Below, in pieces: positions 50,331 to 59,595 of a stretch of DNA of 64,000 bases. Location: contig JALVVR010000017.1 of the NCBI GenBank assembly GCA_027023305.1, forward strand, positions 27,836 through 91,835, written 5' to 3'. How positions within the stretch are numbered: the stretch's first letter is position 1; each line of letters opens with the position of its first letter. The notes beneath the pieces were generated by a model. It worked only from the letters and a program-made list of their open reading frames with translations. It was not told where the DNA came from and searched no databases. Both the position numbers and the translations under genes were made by a program. The stretch comes from Campylobacterales bacterium (GTDB lineage Bacteria; Campylobacterota; Campylobacteria; Campylobacterales; QNZT01).

Positions 50331-52606
50331 TGAAAAGGTATATTGATTTTCTGGATAGATTTAAGTGCTGGATTGCGATTATTATCCCTATCATGATATT
50401 TTCTTTAGGAGTGAGTCTTAAAAACCTAAGTTTTGAGGGAAGTTATAGGATATGGTTTGCAAAAGATTCTAAAATCCTAACTAATTATGACAAATTTCGT
50501 CAAACATTTGGAAATGATGATAGTGTTATCATAGTTTTCAAAGACCCAAATGGTATCTTTAACAAAAAAGCTATCAGCTCAATCCAAAGGATAACTGCCA
50601 AACTCTGGAAAACAAAATACATAACAAGAGTGGACTCTTTAACCTCTTATCAGTACATTCATGCAAGCAAAGATGACCCAGATGATATCTTGGTTGAGGA
50701 CTTTATAAAAGGCGATTTAACCAAAGACTACCTAAAACAAAGAGCAAAAACAGCTCTTACTCAAAGACAACTCGTAGGCTCTTTCCTATCCAAAGATGAA
50801 ACAACTACCATGATAAGTGCAAGACTTACTCCAAAAGCAGGAGAAAAAGAGGACATAAGTTTTGAACTTATGGGATATATAAACAAAATTCTTGAAGCAG
50901 AACATGCAAAGACTGGTTATAAGTACTGGACAAATGGTGGGGCAGCTTTGACTACATCTTTTGTAACAATAGCACAAAAAGATGGCTCAACTTTTACTCC
51001 TTTGATATTTGTTACTGTATTTGTTTTACTACTTTTGCTTTTTAGAAGAGTTAGTGGGGCTTTTATTCCTCTTAGTGTAGTGGTTTTAACTATCATAGCA
51101 GTTTTATCAGTACAAGTTCTTTTAGGCTACAAACTAAACAACTTCACAGCAAATATCCCTGTCTTCATCATAGCCATTGGTATAGCAGATGCCGTTCATA
51201 TTTACTTGGTTTGGAGTATGTATAGAGGTTTGGGAGTCCAAAACAAAGAGGCAGTATATAAGACTCTTAGTAAAAACTTTCAACCTATATTTTTAACTTC
51301 TCTTACTACTGCGATAGGTTTTTTATCTCTTGCTATATCTCATGTAGTTCCAGTGAAAACTTTGGGACTTGCTACCTCTTCGGCTGCCGTGTTAGCTTTT
51401 GTTTTAAGTGTTTTTTATATGCCAACTCTGCTTCTGTTTTTTAAAAAATCAAAAGTAAAAGTAAGTCAAAAAGAGCAAAGTTTTGTCCTAAAATACAAAA
51501 AATATGCTCATTTTATAGTTACCCATGATAAAAAGATAGTCCTTTTTGTAACTGCAATATTTGTCTTTTTTGCGATAGGATTAACAAAAGTAAAAGTGGA
51601 TTCAAACACGATAAGATACTTCGAAAAAAATGTAGAGATAAGAAAATCAACAGAGTTCATCATGAAAAATCTAACTGGACCTATGGCTTATGAGATAGTT
51701 GTAGATAGTGGTAAAAAAGATGGGATAAAAGATCCAAAGTTTTTAAAAACTGTTGATAGATTTTACAAAGAGTTTCAAGCTAAATTTTCAGACATAAGAC
51801 ACTTAAATTCCCTACTTGATGTAGTAAAAGAGTTTCACAAAGTCATGCACTCAAACTCTGAACGATACTATAAAGTACCAAACAATAAAAATCTAATAGC
51901 CCAATACCTCTTGCTTTATTCAATGTCCCTTCCACAAGGTATGGAGATAAATGACAAAATGGATATACGAGAGAGACTTCTAAGAGTAACTGCCCAAGTA
52001 AATCTAGTAGATACTTCAAAAGACTTGCAGATGCTAAGCTGGATAAAAAAATGGTGGGCAAAAACTCCATATAAAGTAGAACTAAACGGACAAACCCAAA
52101 TGTTTGCTTTCATGCAAAAAGATGTAACAAATACTCTTATCTACTCTATATCAATGGCTTTAGGATTAGTCTCTATCATCATGATACTAATCTTCAAAGA
52201 TATAAAGATGCTTTTTATATTTATCCTACCAAATATCCTACCTCTCATCCTAGTAGTAGGACTGATGGGATGGCTTGGTATTAACATAGACTTAGGAGTT
52301 GCAGTTGCAGGAGCTATTATAATAGGAGTTGCAGTTGATGATACTATTCACTTTTTTAGTAAATATTTTTTGGCAAAAAAAGAGGGCTTAAATATAGAAG
52401 ATAGACTCTCCTATGTCTTTACATATAGTGGAAAAGCAATGCTTTATACAACTATCATCTTGAGCTTGTCTTTTGTACTATTTATGGGAAGTGATTTTGC
52501 TCCAAACTTTAACTTTGGACTTATAACTGCATCAGCTCTTGTTATAGCTTTGGTTGCTGATTTGGTATTGTTACCAGCACTACTTAGTTGGAAGGAGAGG
52601 GATTAA
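50330..52606 (+). CDS. RND-superfamily MMPL/HpnN-like transporter
   Basis: 758 aa. Two 6-TM bundles with large loops. Context with a LolA-like partner. Confidence 0.85.
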   Translation: MKRYIDFLDRFKCWIAIIIPIMIFSLGVSLKNLSFEGSYRIWFAKDSKILTNYDKFRQTFGNDDSVIIVFKDPNGIFNKKAISSIQRITAKLWKTKYITRVDSLTSYQYIHASKDDPDDILVEDFIKGDLTKDYLKQRAKTALTQRQLVGSFLSKDETTTMISARLTPKAGEKEDISFELMGYINKILEAEHAKTGYKYWTNGGAALTTSFVTIAQKDGSTFTPLIFVTVFVLLLLLFRRVSGAFIPLSVVVLTIIAVLSVQVLLGYKLNNFTANIPVFIIAIGIADAVHIYLVWSMYRGLGVQNKEAVYKTLSKNFQPIFLTSLTTAIGFLSLAISHVVPVKTLGLATSSAAVLAFVLSVFYMPTLLLFFKKSKVKVSQKEQSFVLKYKKYAHFIVTHDKKIVLFVTAIFVFFAIGLTKVKVDSNTIRYFEKNVEIRKSTEFIMKNLTGPMAYEIVVDSGKKDGIKDPKFLKTVDRFYKEFQAKFSDIRHLNSLLDVVKEFHKVMHSNSERYYKVPNNKNLIAQYLLLYSMSLPQGMEINDKMDIRERLLRVTAQVNLVDTSKDLQMLSWIKKWWAKTPYKVELNGQTQMFAFMQKDVTNTLIYSISMALGLVSIIMILIFKDIKMLFIFILPNILPLILVVGLMGWLGINIDLGVAVAGAIIIGVAVDDTIHFFSKYFLAKKEGLNIEDRLSYVFTYSGKAMLYTTIILSLSFVLFMGSDFAPNFNFGLITASALVIALVADLVLLPALLSWKERD

Positions 52607-52640
52607 TTTCATTTTAACATCATATATGCTATCATAAAGC

Positions 52641-52901
52641 ATGAATGTAGTTATTGATACAAGTGTTTGGATTTCAGCTTTGATTAGTCAAAATGGTGTA
52701 GGGAGTGAGATTATACGACTCGCTTTCCAAGAGAAGTTAGCCCCTCAGATAAGTATTGCACTTTTTTTAGAATATGAAGCTATTATGAATCGAGAAAAGA
52801 TACAAAAACTTTGTGCTTTGAGTCTTGAAGAGCAAGAAGAGCTATATTTCGCATTTTTATCAACTTGTAATTGGAATGAAATATTTTATCTAATCGTTTA
52901 A
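52641..52901 (+). pseudogene. Truncated PIN-family toxin gene (N-terminal ~85 codons)
   Basis: The MNVVIDTSVWISAL... start is typical of ~135-aa PIN toxins. The frame ends early at TAA 52899-52901. Confidence 0.55.
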
Positions 52902-53077
52902 AAAGCTATGCAAAAAGTAAAAAAATCTCACTAAATAAACTTTTCGATGAGTTTGCAACCATAGCTTTAACTCAACATGATGCTAAGACAAGATTTGACC
53001 TGTTAGCATCTAAGGGCAACAAAAAAAGAGGTTTAGAGTTGTTAGATAAACTTGATAAAACAAAAGGCATTTCATGA
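52880..53077 (+). pseudogene. C-terminal fragment of an RHH/CopG-type antitoxin-like gene without a start codon
   Basis: The third reading frame (codons starting at 52880) reads NRLKSYAKSKKISLNKLFDEFATIALTQHDAKTRFDLLASKGNKKRGLELLDKLDKTKGIS*. It is bounded upstream by TGA 52877-52879. Confidence 0.4.
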
Positions 53078-53603
53078 ACATAAAAACCATCATAAAAACT
53101 ATAAAAACTCCTTCTTTACTGTAAACAAAGAGCTACTAACTTCACTCTCAAAGTTTTTTTTGGGAGTGTTTGTACTCTTTTCTTTTATAATTCTTTCTAT
53201 TTCTTTAAATCAACAAGGAAGAACTATTAAGCCTCCAAGTAAAAAGTTTGGATATGAATGCTTGTATTTTATAGAAAATATCAAAAAAGCCCCAGATATA
53301 AGAGATTTTAGATACCAAAAACATTTTCTTTCTTATGATTCAAATAAAGAGTGTAAAACTTTAAGTGACTTATATGCTGGAGTAAGAAAGGATTTAAGTC
53401 CATTTATAAGAAATATTGATAAAAATCAGAGAATAAAATCAAAACTAGAATCAAAAATAAGAGTTTTGAAGTCAGAATACTCAAACACTCTCCTTGAAAA
53501 GATAGCAAATCAAGAAAAACAAAAGTCGATTCTTCACTCATCTGCTGATAATATACAACTTCGTTATAAAAAGAGAAAAATACATACTCTCTCATCTACT
53601 TAA
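53052..53603 (+). CDS. Hypothetical membrane-anchored protein; start uncertain (TTG)
   Basis: 183-aa ORF with one TM (FFLGVFVLFSFIILSISL). No motif recognised. Confidence 0.4.
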   Translation: MIKQKAFHEHKNHHKNYKNSFFTVNKELLTSLSKFFLGVFVLFSFIILSISLNQQGRTIKPPSKKFGYECLYFIENIKKAPDIRDFRYQKHFLSYDSNKECKTLSDLYAGVRKDLSPFIRNIDKNQRIKSKLESKIRVLKSEYSNTLLEKIANQEKQKSILHSSADNIQLRYKKRKIHTLSST

Positions 53604-53618
53604 TAAAAACTAAAACTA

Positions 53619-53646
53619 GGAGGAGATAAACTCCTCCACACTTTTT
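53619..53646 (+). terminator. Hairpin terminator candidate
   Basis: GGAGGAG-ATAAA-CTCCTCC followed by ACACTTTTT. Confidence 0.5.
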
Positions 53647-53688
53647 AAAAGTTTTTATGTTACAATCGTAGCAAAAAGGAAAACAAAG

Positions 53689-54528
53689 ATGGCAAGTGGA
53701 TTTTTTGCTCTTTTTGATGATATATCAGCTCTGATGGATGATGTAGCAGTCATGACAAAAGTTTCTGCACAAAAGACTGCAGGAGTTTTAGGAGATGATT
53801 TAGCAGTAAGTGCAAACAAAGCAAGTAGCTTTAAACCTAATCGTGAGTTACCAGTACTTTGGGCTATCACAAAGGGTTCATTTGTAAACAAACTTATTAT
53901 CTTGCCACTTATATTTTTACTAAACTATTTTTTACCACAAATCATCATACCAATCCTTATGGTCGGAGGAATATATCTAGCATATGAGGGAGTAGAGAAG
54001 ATATATGAGTTTTTCTTTCATCACTCACAAGAGCCTTCAAAAAAAGATGAAGCAGATGAAAAAGCAAAGATAAAATCAGCTATAACAACTGATTTTATAC
54101 TTTCATTAGAGATTGTTATCATAGCTCTATCGACTGTGACAAATGCTTTATTTTTAGAGCAAGTCATCACCGTTACAATAGTTGCTTTTCTTGCAACTAT
54201 CGGAGTTTATGGTATAGTAGCTCTTATAGTAAGACTTGATGATATAGGTTTATCGATGCAAAGAGGAAAAGATAGTGGATTTTTATACTCTTTTGGTGGA
54301 GCTTTGATAAAACTACTTCCAAAGTTAGTTAAAACTCTTAGTGTAGTTGGAACATTTGCCATGCTTATAGTGGCTGGTGGGATATATATGCACAATCTTC
54401 ACTTTTTACATGAAAAACTGCATTTTATGCCTTCTCTTGTAGCTGAGATGCTTTTAGGATTTGTTTTAGGAGTAGTGGCTTTAGCTATAATCTTGCCAAT
54501 TCAAAAACTTCTCTTAAAAAAGACTTAA
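53689..54528 (+). CDS. DUF808 (YedI-like) inner membrane protein
   Basis: MASGFFALFDDISALMDDVAVMTKVSAQKTAGVLGDDLAV is characteristic. Confidence 0.85.
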   Translation: MASGFFALFDDISALMDDVAVMTKVSAQKTAGVLGDDLAVSANKASSFKPNRELPVLWAITKGSFVNKLIILPLIFLLNYFLPQIIIPILMVGGIYLAYEGVEKIYEFFFHHSQEPSKKDEADEKAKIKSAITTDFILSLEIVIIALSTVTNALFLEQVITVTIVAFLATIGVYGIVALIVRLDDIGLSMQRGKDSGFLYSFGGALIKLLPKLVKTLSVVGTFAMLIVAGGIYMHNLHFLHEKLHFMPSLVAEMLLGFVLGVVALAIILPIQKLLLKKT

Positions 54529-54596
54529 TTTAAGTAAAATTTAAGTATTACTTTACTATACTCCACTTTCAATTTTAAACAAAAAAGGTTTTCGTG

Positions 54597-55031
54597 ATGA
54601 AATCAACTAAGATGATCAAAGCAAACGAAGTAGAGAAAGATTGGGTTGTTATAGATGCTGAAGGTAAAAAATTCGGTAGAATTTTAACTGAAGTTGCAAC
54701 TCTTCTAAGAGGTAAACATAAACCATACTATACACCAAATGTGGACTGTGGTGACTATGTTGTAATCATAAATGCAGAAAAAGTAGTAGTTACAGGAACA
54801 AAACTTGACTCTAAACTTTACCATAGACACTCAGGATACTTTGGAAGTGTTAAAAGTGAAAAACTAGGTGAGTTAAGAGAAAAAAATCCTGCAAAACTTT
54901 TCAAACTAGGTGCTAGAGGTATGCTACCAAAAACAAACCTAGGTAAAGAGATGTTAAAAAAACTAAAAGTATATGCAGGAAGTGAGCATCCTCACACTGC
55001 ACAAGTAAGTAAATCAGAAGGTAGTAAATAA
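54597..55031 (+). CDS. rplM: 50S ribosomal protein L13
   Basis: [33 protein letters not shown] 54597 is preferred over GTG 54594. Confidence 0.96.
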   Translation: MKSTKMIKANEVEKDWVVIDAEGKKFGRILTEVATLLRGKHKPYYTPNVDCGDYVVIINAEKVVVTGTKLDSKLYHRHSGYFGSVKSEKLGELREKNPAKLFKLGARGMLPKTNLGKEMLKKLKVYAGSEHPHTAQVSKSEGSK

Positions 55032-55423
55032 TGGCTGAAAAAATATATGCAACAGGAAAAAGAAAAACTTCAATAGCAAAAGTATGGCTAAAAGCAGGAT
55101 CAGGAAAAATGTCTATAAATGGACAAAGTCTTGATGAGTGGTTAGGTGGTCATGATATGATTAAAAAAAGAGTTATGCAACCACTTCAAATCACAAAACA
55201 AACTGAGGGTGTTGATATCATAGCAACAACTTTAGGTGGTGGTTACTCATCTCAAGCAGATGCACTTAGACACGGTATCTCAAAAGCTTTAACTCACTTT
55301 GATGATAGCTTTAGAGCTCTTCTTAAACCAGAAGGTCTTTTAACTAGAGATTCAAGAGTAGTTGAAAGAAAGAAATACGGAAGAAGAAAAGCGAGAAGAA
55401 GTCCACAGTTTTCAAAAAGATAG
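55031..55423 (+). CDS. rpsI: 30S ribosomal protein S9
   Basis: [11 protein letters not shown]...[14 protein letters not shown]. Confidence 0.98.
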   Translation: MAEKIYATGKRKTSIAKVWLKAGSGKMSINGQSLDEWLGGHDMIKKRVMQPLQITKQTEGVDIIATTLGGGYSSQADALRHGISKALTHFDDSFRALLKPEGLLTRDSRVVERKKYGRRKARRSPQFSKR

Positions 55424-55446
55424 TATTTTTATATTATCACTATTAT

Positions 55447-55472
55447 CCTCACTTGGGATTTTCCCAAGGAGG
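55447..55472. terminator. Bidirectional hairpin between convergent rpsI and the kinase gene
   Basis: CCTCACTTGGG-ATTT-TCCCAAGGAGG. Confidence 0.5.
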
Positions 55473-56717
55473 TTATATCATCTTTATAATACCCTCAACA
55501 ACAAAAATATTTTTTTCATCTTCAAAACTATATTCAAGCTTCATGTTGTGAGCTTTAAGTATGTTATCGACTATATAAAGTCCTAAACCAAATCCTTTTT
55601 TAGAGTTTTTTTCATCTTGAGTAAAAGGTTCAGTATAATAAGAAAGCTCATGCTCTAATTTTTCTCCCTCAGATACTATCTCTATTGCCTCATCTTTAAC
55701 TACTACTTTGACTTTAGAGTTTGTAGAATATTTTAAGCCATTGTCAATCAAGTTTTTCAAAGCTAGTGAAAAGAGTTTTTTATCTACTTTTATCTCAAAA
55801 TTCTCTTTTAAAAAAACATTTATTCCATTACTTTCCATTAATTGCTCTATCGCGATATCTATGATGGATTTTATATCTACTATCTCTTTTTTTATAAAAC
55901 TACTATCTACTGTTATTTGCTCTATGGATATAAACTCATTTAACAAATCTTCAAGTTTTAAAAAGGCAGATTTTAGTCTCTCCTTTTGCTTTCCATCCTC
56001 TATCATTTCAACAGTTATTCTACCCTTTGTGATGGGAGTTTTTAACTCATGCATGATATTTCTCAAAAAGAGTTTTCTTGAGTTATTTAACTTTTTTATT
56101 TCACTAACTGCAAAGTTAAAGGCATTTGCTACTTCTGCTATTTCATCATCTGTTTTCATTTCACATGAAATGTTTAAATCTCCTTTAGCAAACTTATCTA
56201 TCTCCTCTTTTATCTTTTTTATAGGCTTGATTTTTTTGATAGTCCAAAAGTAAACACCAAGTATCAAAAGTACCAAACTACCAAATATTGCCCTTATAGT
56301 CCAAATCTGATTTCGATAAGGTATGTAACCTTTATCATATAAAAGTACAGCTCTTTTTTGGATAGCAGATTCTATCAAAAGATAATTTCCTCTTTGGTAG
56401 TAGATAATAGTGCTTCTACCTATCCTTATCCCTAAAGATTGTAAAACCTCTCCATTTTTTAAAATATCTTTTATTTTTTTATCATCTTTGATAACTTGCA
56501 TCTTATAGATCTTCAAATCTTTTTCAAACTTTTCATCAACCACCGAGTTTAAAAGTTTTACAAGGCTTACTCTTGAAACAATAGAGTATCTTTCATTTAA
56601 TTCATGAGAGTATTTTTGTTTATCATACTTAACCATATATAGATAAGCGATAACTATACCTAAAATAGCAATACCAAAAATCAGAGTGATACTAAAAAAT
56701 ATAGAAGATTTTTTCAT
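55473..56717 (-). CDS. Sensor histidine kinase (TM-HAMP-HisKA-HATPase)
   Basis: 414 aa. MHELKTPIT H-box, NLIDNGLKYS, GFGLGLYIV. Confidence 0.92.
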   Translation of the reverse strand: MKKSSIFFSITLIFGIAILGIVIAYLYMVKYDKQKYSHELNERYSIVSRVSLVKLLNSVVDEKFEKDLKIYKMQVIKDDKKIKDILKNGEVLQSLGIRIGRSTIIYYQRGNYLLIESAIQKRAVLLYDKGYIPYRNQIWTIRAIFGSLVLLILGVYFWTIKKIKPIKKIKEEIDKFAKGDLNISCEMKTDDEIAEVANAFNFAVSEIKKLNNSRKLFLRNIMHELKTPITKGRITVEMIEDGKQKERLKSAFLKLEDLLNEFISIEQITVDSSFIKKEIVDIKSIIDIAIEQLMESNGINVFLKENFEIKVDKKLFSLALKNLIDNGLKYSTNSKVKVVVKDEAIEIVSEGEKLEHELSYYTEPFTQDEKNSKKGFGLGLYIVDNILKAHNMKLEYSFEDEKNIFVVEGIIKMI

Positions 56718-57394
56718 TGCACCAATTTATAGCCAACACCTCTAACTGAGTGTATGTACTTTGGAGATTTAGGGTTATCGTCTAGTTTATGCCTTATTCT
56801 TCCTATTATGACATCTATACTTTTATATGTACTATCTTCATTTATAGCATCAACATTATAGATAAGTTCATCTCTTGATATGACTGAGCCTTGCTTTTTA
56901 AGCATAAACTTCATGATACCTAATTCTGCTTTTGTTAGTTGTAACTCTTTATTTTTTAAAAAGACTAAAGACTTTTCTTCATCAAAATATAAATCTTTGC
57001 TTGTTTTACTCTCTTTTTTACTATTTTTGCCATCAGGTTTTCTTCTCAAAAGTGATTTTATTCTAGCTTGTAACTCTCTTGGATCATAGGGTTTTGGCAT
57101 ATAATCATCAGCACCATATTCCAATGCCATAACTTTATCATCTATATCATGACGAGCTGAAGAGATGATGATAGGTATATCATATCTTTTTCGTATATCT
57201 TTACAAACTTCTAAACCATCAAGTCCTGGAAGTGTGAGGTCAAGTATTACTAAGTCATACTCTTTTGTACTAAGAGTCGGTACTCCTATAAAAGGGTCAT
57301 CAACAGTTTCAACATCTATATCAAACTGTTCTAAATACTCAGTTAAAATCTCTGCTAACTCTAAGTCATCTTCTATCATGAGAACTTTTATCAT
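56714..57394 (-). CDS. OmpR-family response regulator
   Basis: MIKVLMIEDD start with an AGAGGAA SD (the track start at 57415 is rejected). DLVILDLTLPGLDG. C-terminal wHTH ...IHSVRGVGYKL. Confidence 0.93.
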   Translation of the reverse strand: MIKVLMIEDDLELAEILTEYLEQFDIDVETVDDPFIGVPTLSTKEYDLVILDLTLPGLDGLEVCKDIRKRYDIPIIISSARHDIDDKVMALEYGADDYMPKPYDPRELQARIKSLLRRKPDGKNSKKESKTSKDLYFDEEKSLVFLKNKELQLTKAELGIMKFMLKKQGSVISRDELIYNVDAINEDSTYKSIDVIIGRIRHKLDDNPKSPKYIHSVRGVGYKLVQ

Positions 57395-57494
57395 GCTATT
57401 TCCTCTCGTAACCAAATTCTATTATATTTATATTAATCATCAGTAAATATTTGATACACTCAAAGGTATATATAAAAAGTATAAGGGAAGATTA

Positions 57495-58664
57495 ATGCTA
57501 ACAAAAAGAGTAAATTCACTAAATGAATCTATGACCATAGCTATATCAACATTAGCAGGGGAGCTAAAAGCACAGGGTAAAGATATACTTGCTTTTTCAG
57601 CAGGAGAACCAGATTTTAACACTCCTGATGTTATCAAAAAAGCAGGTATAAAAGCGATAGAAGATGGTTATACAAAATACACAGCCGTACCTGGAAATCC
57701 AGAACTTTTAGAAGCTATATCTAAAAAATTAAAAAGAGATAACAATCTTGAGTATAAACCATCTCAAATAATAGTAAGCAATGGTGCAAAACAATCTTTG
57801 TTTAATCTTTTTCAAGTCATGATAGAAGATGGTGATGAAGTTATCATACCAGCTCCATACTGGGTTACTTATCCTGAGCTTGTTACATATAGTGGTGGGA
57901 AAAATGTTTTTATACAAACAGATGATACAAGAAACTTCAAAATAACTCCACAGCAGTTAAAAGAAGCAATAACAGATAAAACAAAACTTCTTATCCTAAC
58001 AACTCCATCAAACCCAACAGGAGCTTTATATTCAAAAGAAGAACTTGAAGCGATAGGTGAAGTACTAGAGGGAACTTCCATAAAAGTAGCAAGTGATGAA
58101 ATGTATGAAAAACTTGTATATGATGGTGAATTTAATGCAGTTGCTAGTATCAGTGAAGATATGTTTAAAAGAACTATCACTATAAATGGACTTAGTAAAT
58201 CAGTAGCTATGACAGGATGGAGAATGGGATACTTAGCAACACCTGATGACTCTCTTATAAAAGCTATGAAAAAACTTCAGTCTCAATCAACTTCAAACAT
58301 CTGTTCTATAACTCAAAAAGCTTCTATCCCAGCCCTTGATGGAAGTGCTGACGAAGATATAGAAATGATGAGAAAAGTTTTTAAAGCAAGACGAGATATG
58401 GCAGTTGAGCTTATTAACGATAGTGATAAAATCTCTGTTATAAAACCAGATGGAGCTTTTTATCTTTTTATAAATATAAAAAAAGTAACTAACGATTCTA
58501 TGGATTTTGCTACAAAACTTTTAGAAAATAAAGGTGTAGCAGTAGTTCCAGGGATTGGATTTGGAAGTGATGGATATATAAGATTTTCATTTGCAACTGA
58601 TGAAGAGAGTATAAAAGAGGGAATAAAAAGACTAAAAGAGTTTGTTAGCAAGTATAAAAACTAA
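57495..58664 (+). CDS. aspC: PLP-dependent (aspartate-type) aminotransferase
   Basis: 389 aa. NGLSKSVAMTGWRMGY. Confidence 0.88.
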   Translation: MLTKRVNSLNESMTIAISTLAGELKAQGKDILAFSAGEPDFNTPDVIKKAGIKAIEDGYTKYTAVPGNPELLEAISKKLKRDNNLEYKPSQIIVSNGAKQSLFNLFQVMIEDGDEVIIPAPYWVTYPELVTYSGGKNVFIQTDDTRNFKITPQQLKEAITDKTKLLILTTPSNPTGALYSKEELEAIGEVLEGTSIKVASDEMYEKLVYDGEFNAVASISEDMFKRTITINGLSKSVAMTGWRMGYLATPDDSLIKAMKKLQSQSTSNICSITQKASIPALDGSADEDIEMMRKVFKARRDMAVELINDSDKISVIKPDGAFYLFINIKKVTNDSMDFATKLLENKGVAVVPGIGFGSDGYIRFSFATDEESIKEGIKRLKEFVSKYKN

Positions 58665-58690
58665 ACTATTTAGGTTTAAATCCGATATTT

Positions 58691-58720
58691 CATGTAGATT
58701 AAGATAAGGAAATCTACATG
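58691..58720 (+). promoter_or_regulatory. Perfect 10-bp hairpin enclosing the SD and start codon of the next gene
   Basis: CATGTAGATT (58691-58700) pairs with AATCTACATG (58711-58720). The loop AAGATAAGGA holds the SD, and ATG 58718 lies in the 3' arm. Confidence 0.5.
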
Positions 58721-59257
58721 GAAAGAAGAAAATTTTTAAAAAGCTCTTTGCTATTAGCATCGAGTTCTATTATAACCGAGAGTGTTTATGGACTCTCTTT
58801 GCCAGTTGATAAAACACTAAAGATGCACAATATTCACACAGGTGAGAGTATAAAAGCCACTTTTTTTGAAAAAGACCATTTTGTGGAAAGTGAGTTGAAA
58901 AGATTAAACTACTTTTTGAGGGATTATAGGTTAAACAAAGTAGCAGATATGGATATAAATCTTTTTTCTTTGTTATATGCTATTTCTCTTGTAAGTGATT
59001 CTTCAAAAACTATAGACATAATCTCAGGATATAGAAGCAGACAAACAAATGAATACTTAAGAAAACATCATCACTTAGGAGTAGCAAAACATAGCTTTCA
59101 TATAAAAGCTAGAGCTATTGATTTTAAGATAAAAGATAGACATTTAAAAGATGTTTTAAGAGTATCAAGGCTGATGGAGTTTGGAGGAGTAGGTTACTAT
59201 CCTAGTAATGATTTTATACATGTTGATACTGGTAGGGTAAGATTTTGGAGAGGTTAA
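58718..59257 (+). CDS. DUF882 / YcbK-like peptidase M15A-fold protein with a Tat-type signal
   Basis: MERRKFLKSS..., SGYRS..TNEYL, HSFHIKARAID, GGVGYYPSNDFIHVDTG. Confidence 0.85.
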   Translation: MERRKFLKSSLLLASSSIITESVYGLSLPVDKTLKMHNIHTGESIKATFFEKDHFVESELKRLNYFLRDYRLNKVADMDINLFSLLYAISLVSDSSKTIDIISGYRSRQTNEYLRKHHHLGVAKHSFHIKARAIDFKIKDRHLKDVLRVSRLMEFGGVGYYPSNDFIHVDTGRVRFWRG

Positions 59258-59310
59258 GACTGTTTAGATACAATCAGCTTCTAAATTTTTTTGAAAGGTG
59301 GTGGTACTAG

Positions 59311-59523
59311 ATGCCAGGTGTTGTTGTAAAACCTAACGAATCTTTCGAAGAAGCATATAGAAAGTTTAAAAAGCAAGTTGATAGAAACTTGATTGTTACT
59401 GAAAAAAGAGCTAGAAAGTTTTTTGAGACTGGAACTGAAAAGAGAAAGAAACAAAAAATCGCAGCTAAGAAAAAAATGCTTAAAAAGTTATATATGCTTA
59501 GAAGATACGAATCAAGGCTATAA
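59311..59523 (+). CDS. rpsU: 30S ribosomal protein S21
   Basis: [22 protein letters not shown]... Confidence 0.96.
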   Translation: MPGVVVKPNESFEEAYRKFKKQVDRNLIVTEKRARKFFETGTEKRKKQKIAAKKKMLKKLYMLRRYESRL

Positions 59524-59538
59524 GCTTTCATATAAAAA

Positions 59539-59578
59539 GGGGATGGTGAGATTTTTCTCAACCATCCCCTTTTTTTTT
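59539..59578. terminator. Rho-independent terminator shared by rpsU and the convergent LysM gene
   Basis: AGGGGATGGTGAG-loop-CTCAACCATCCCCT followed by T9, with an A-run on the other side. Confidence 0.8.
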
Positions 59579-59595
59579 GCCTAAAGCTTTTCTTA

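Noticed and set aside
53655-53891. A 78-aa minus-strand ORF opposite the start of the DUF808 gene.
   Set aside because: The DUF808 N-terminus is highly characteristic. The antisense ORF has no SD or motif.
55362-55586. A 74-aa plus-strand ORF spanning the rpsI end, the terminator and the kinase gene end.
   Set aside because: It overlaps two confident genes and a hairpin terminator, and it has no SD.
59307-59584. ORFs 59307-59561 (minus) and 59393-59584 (plus), which overlap rpsU.
   Set aside because: The rpsU (S21) frame is unambiguous. The overlapping frames are low-complexity and run into the terminator.
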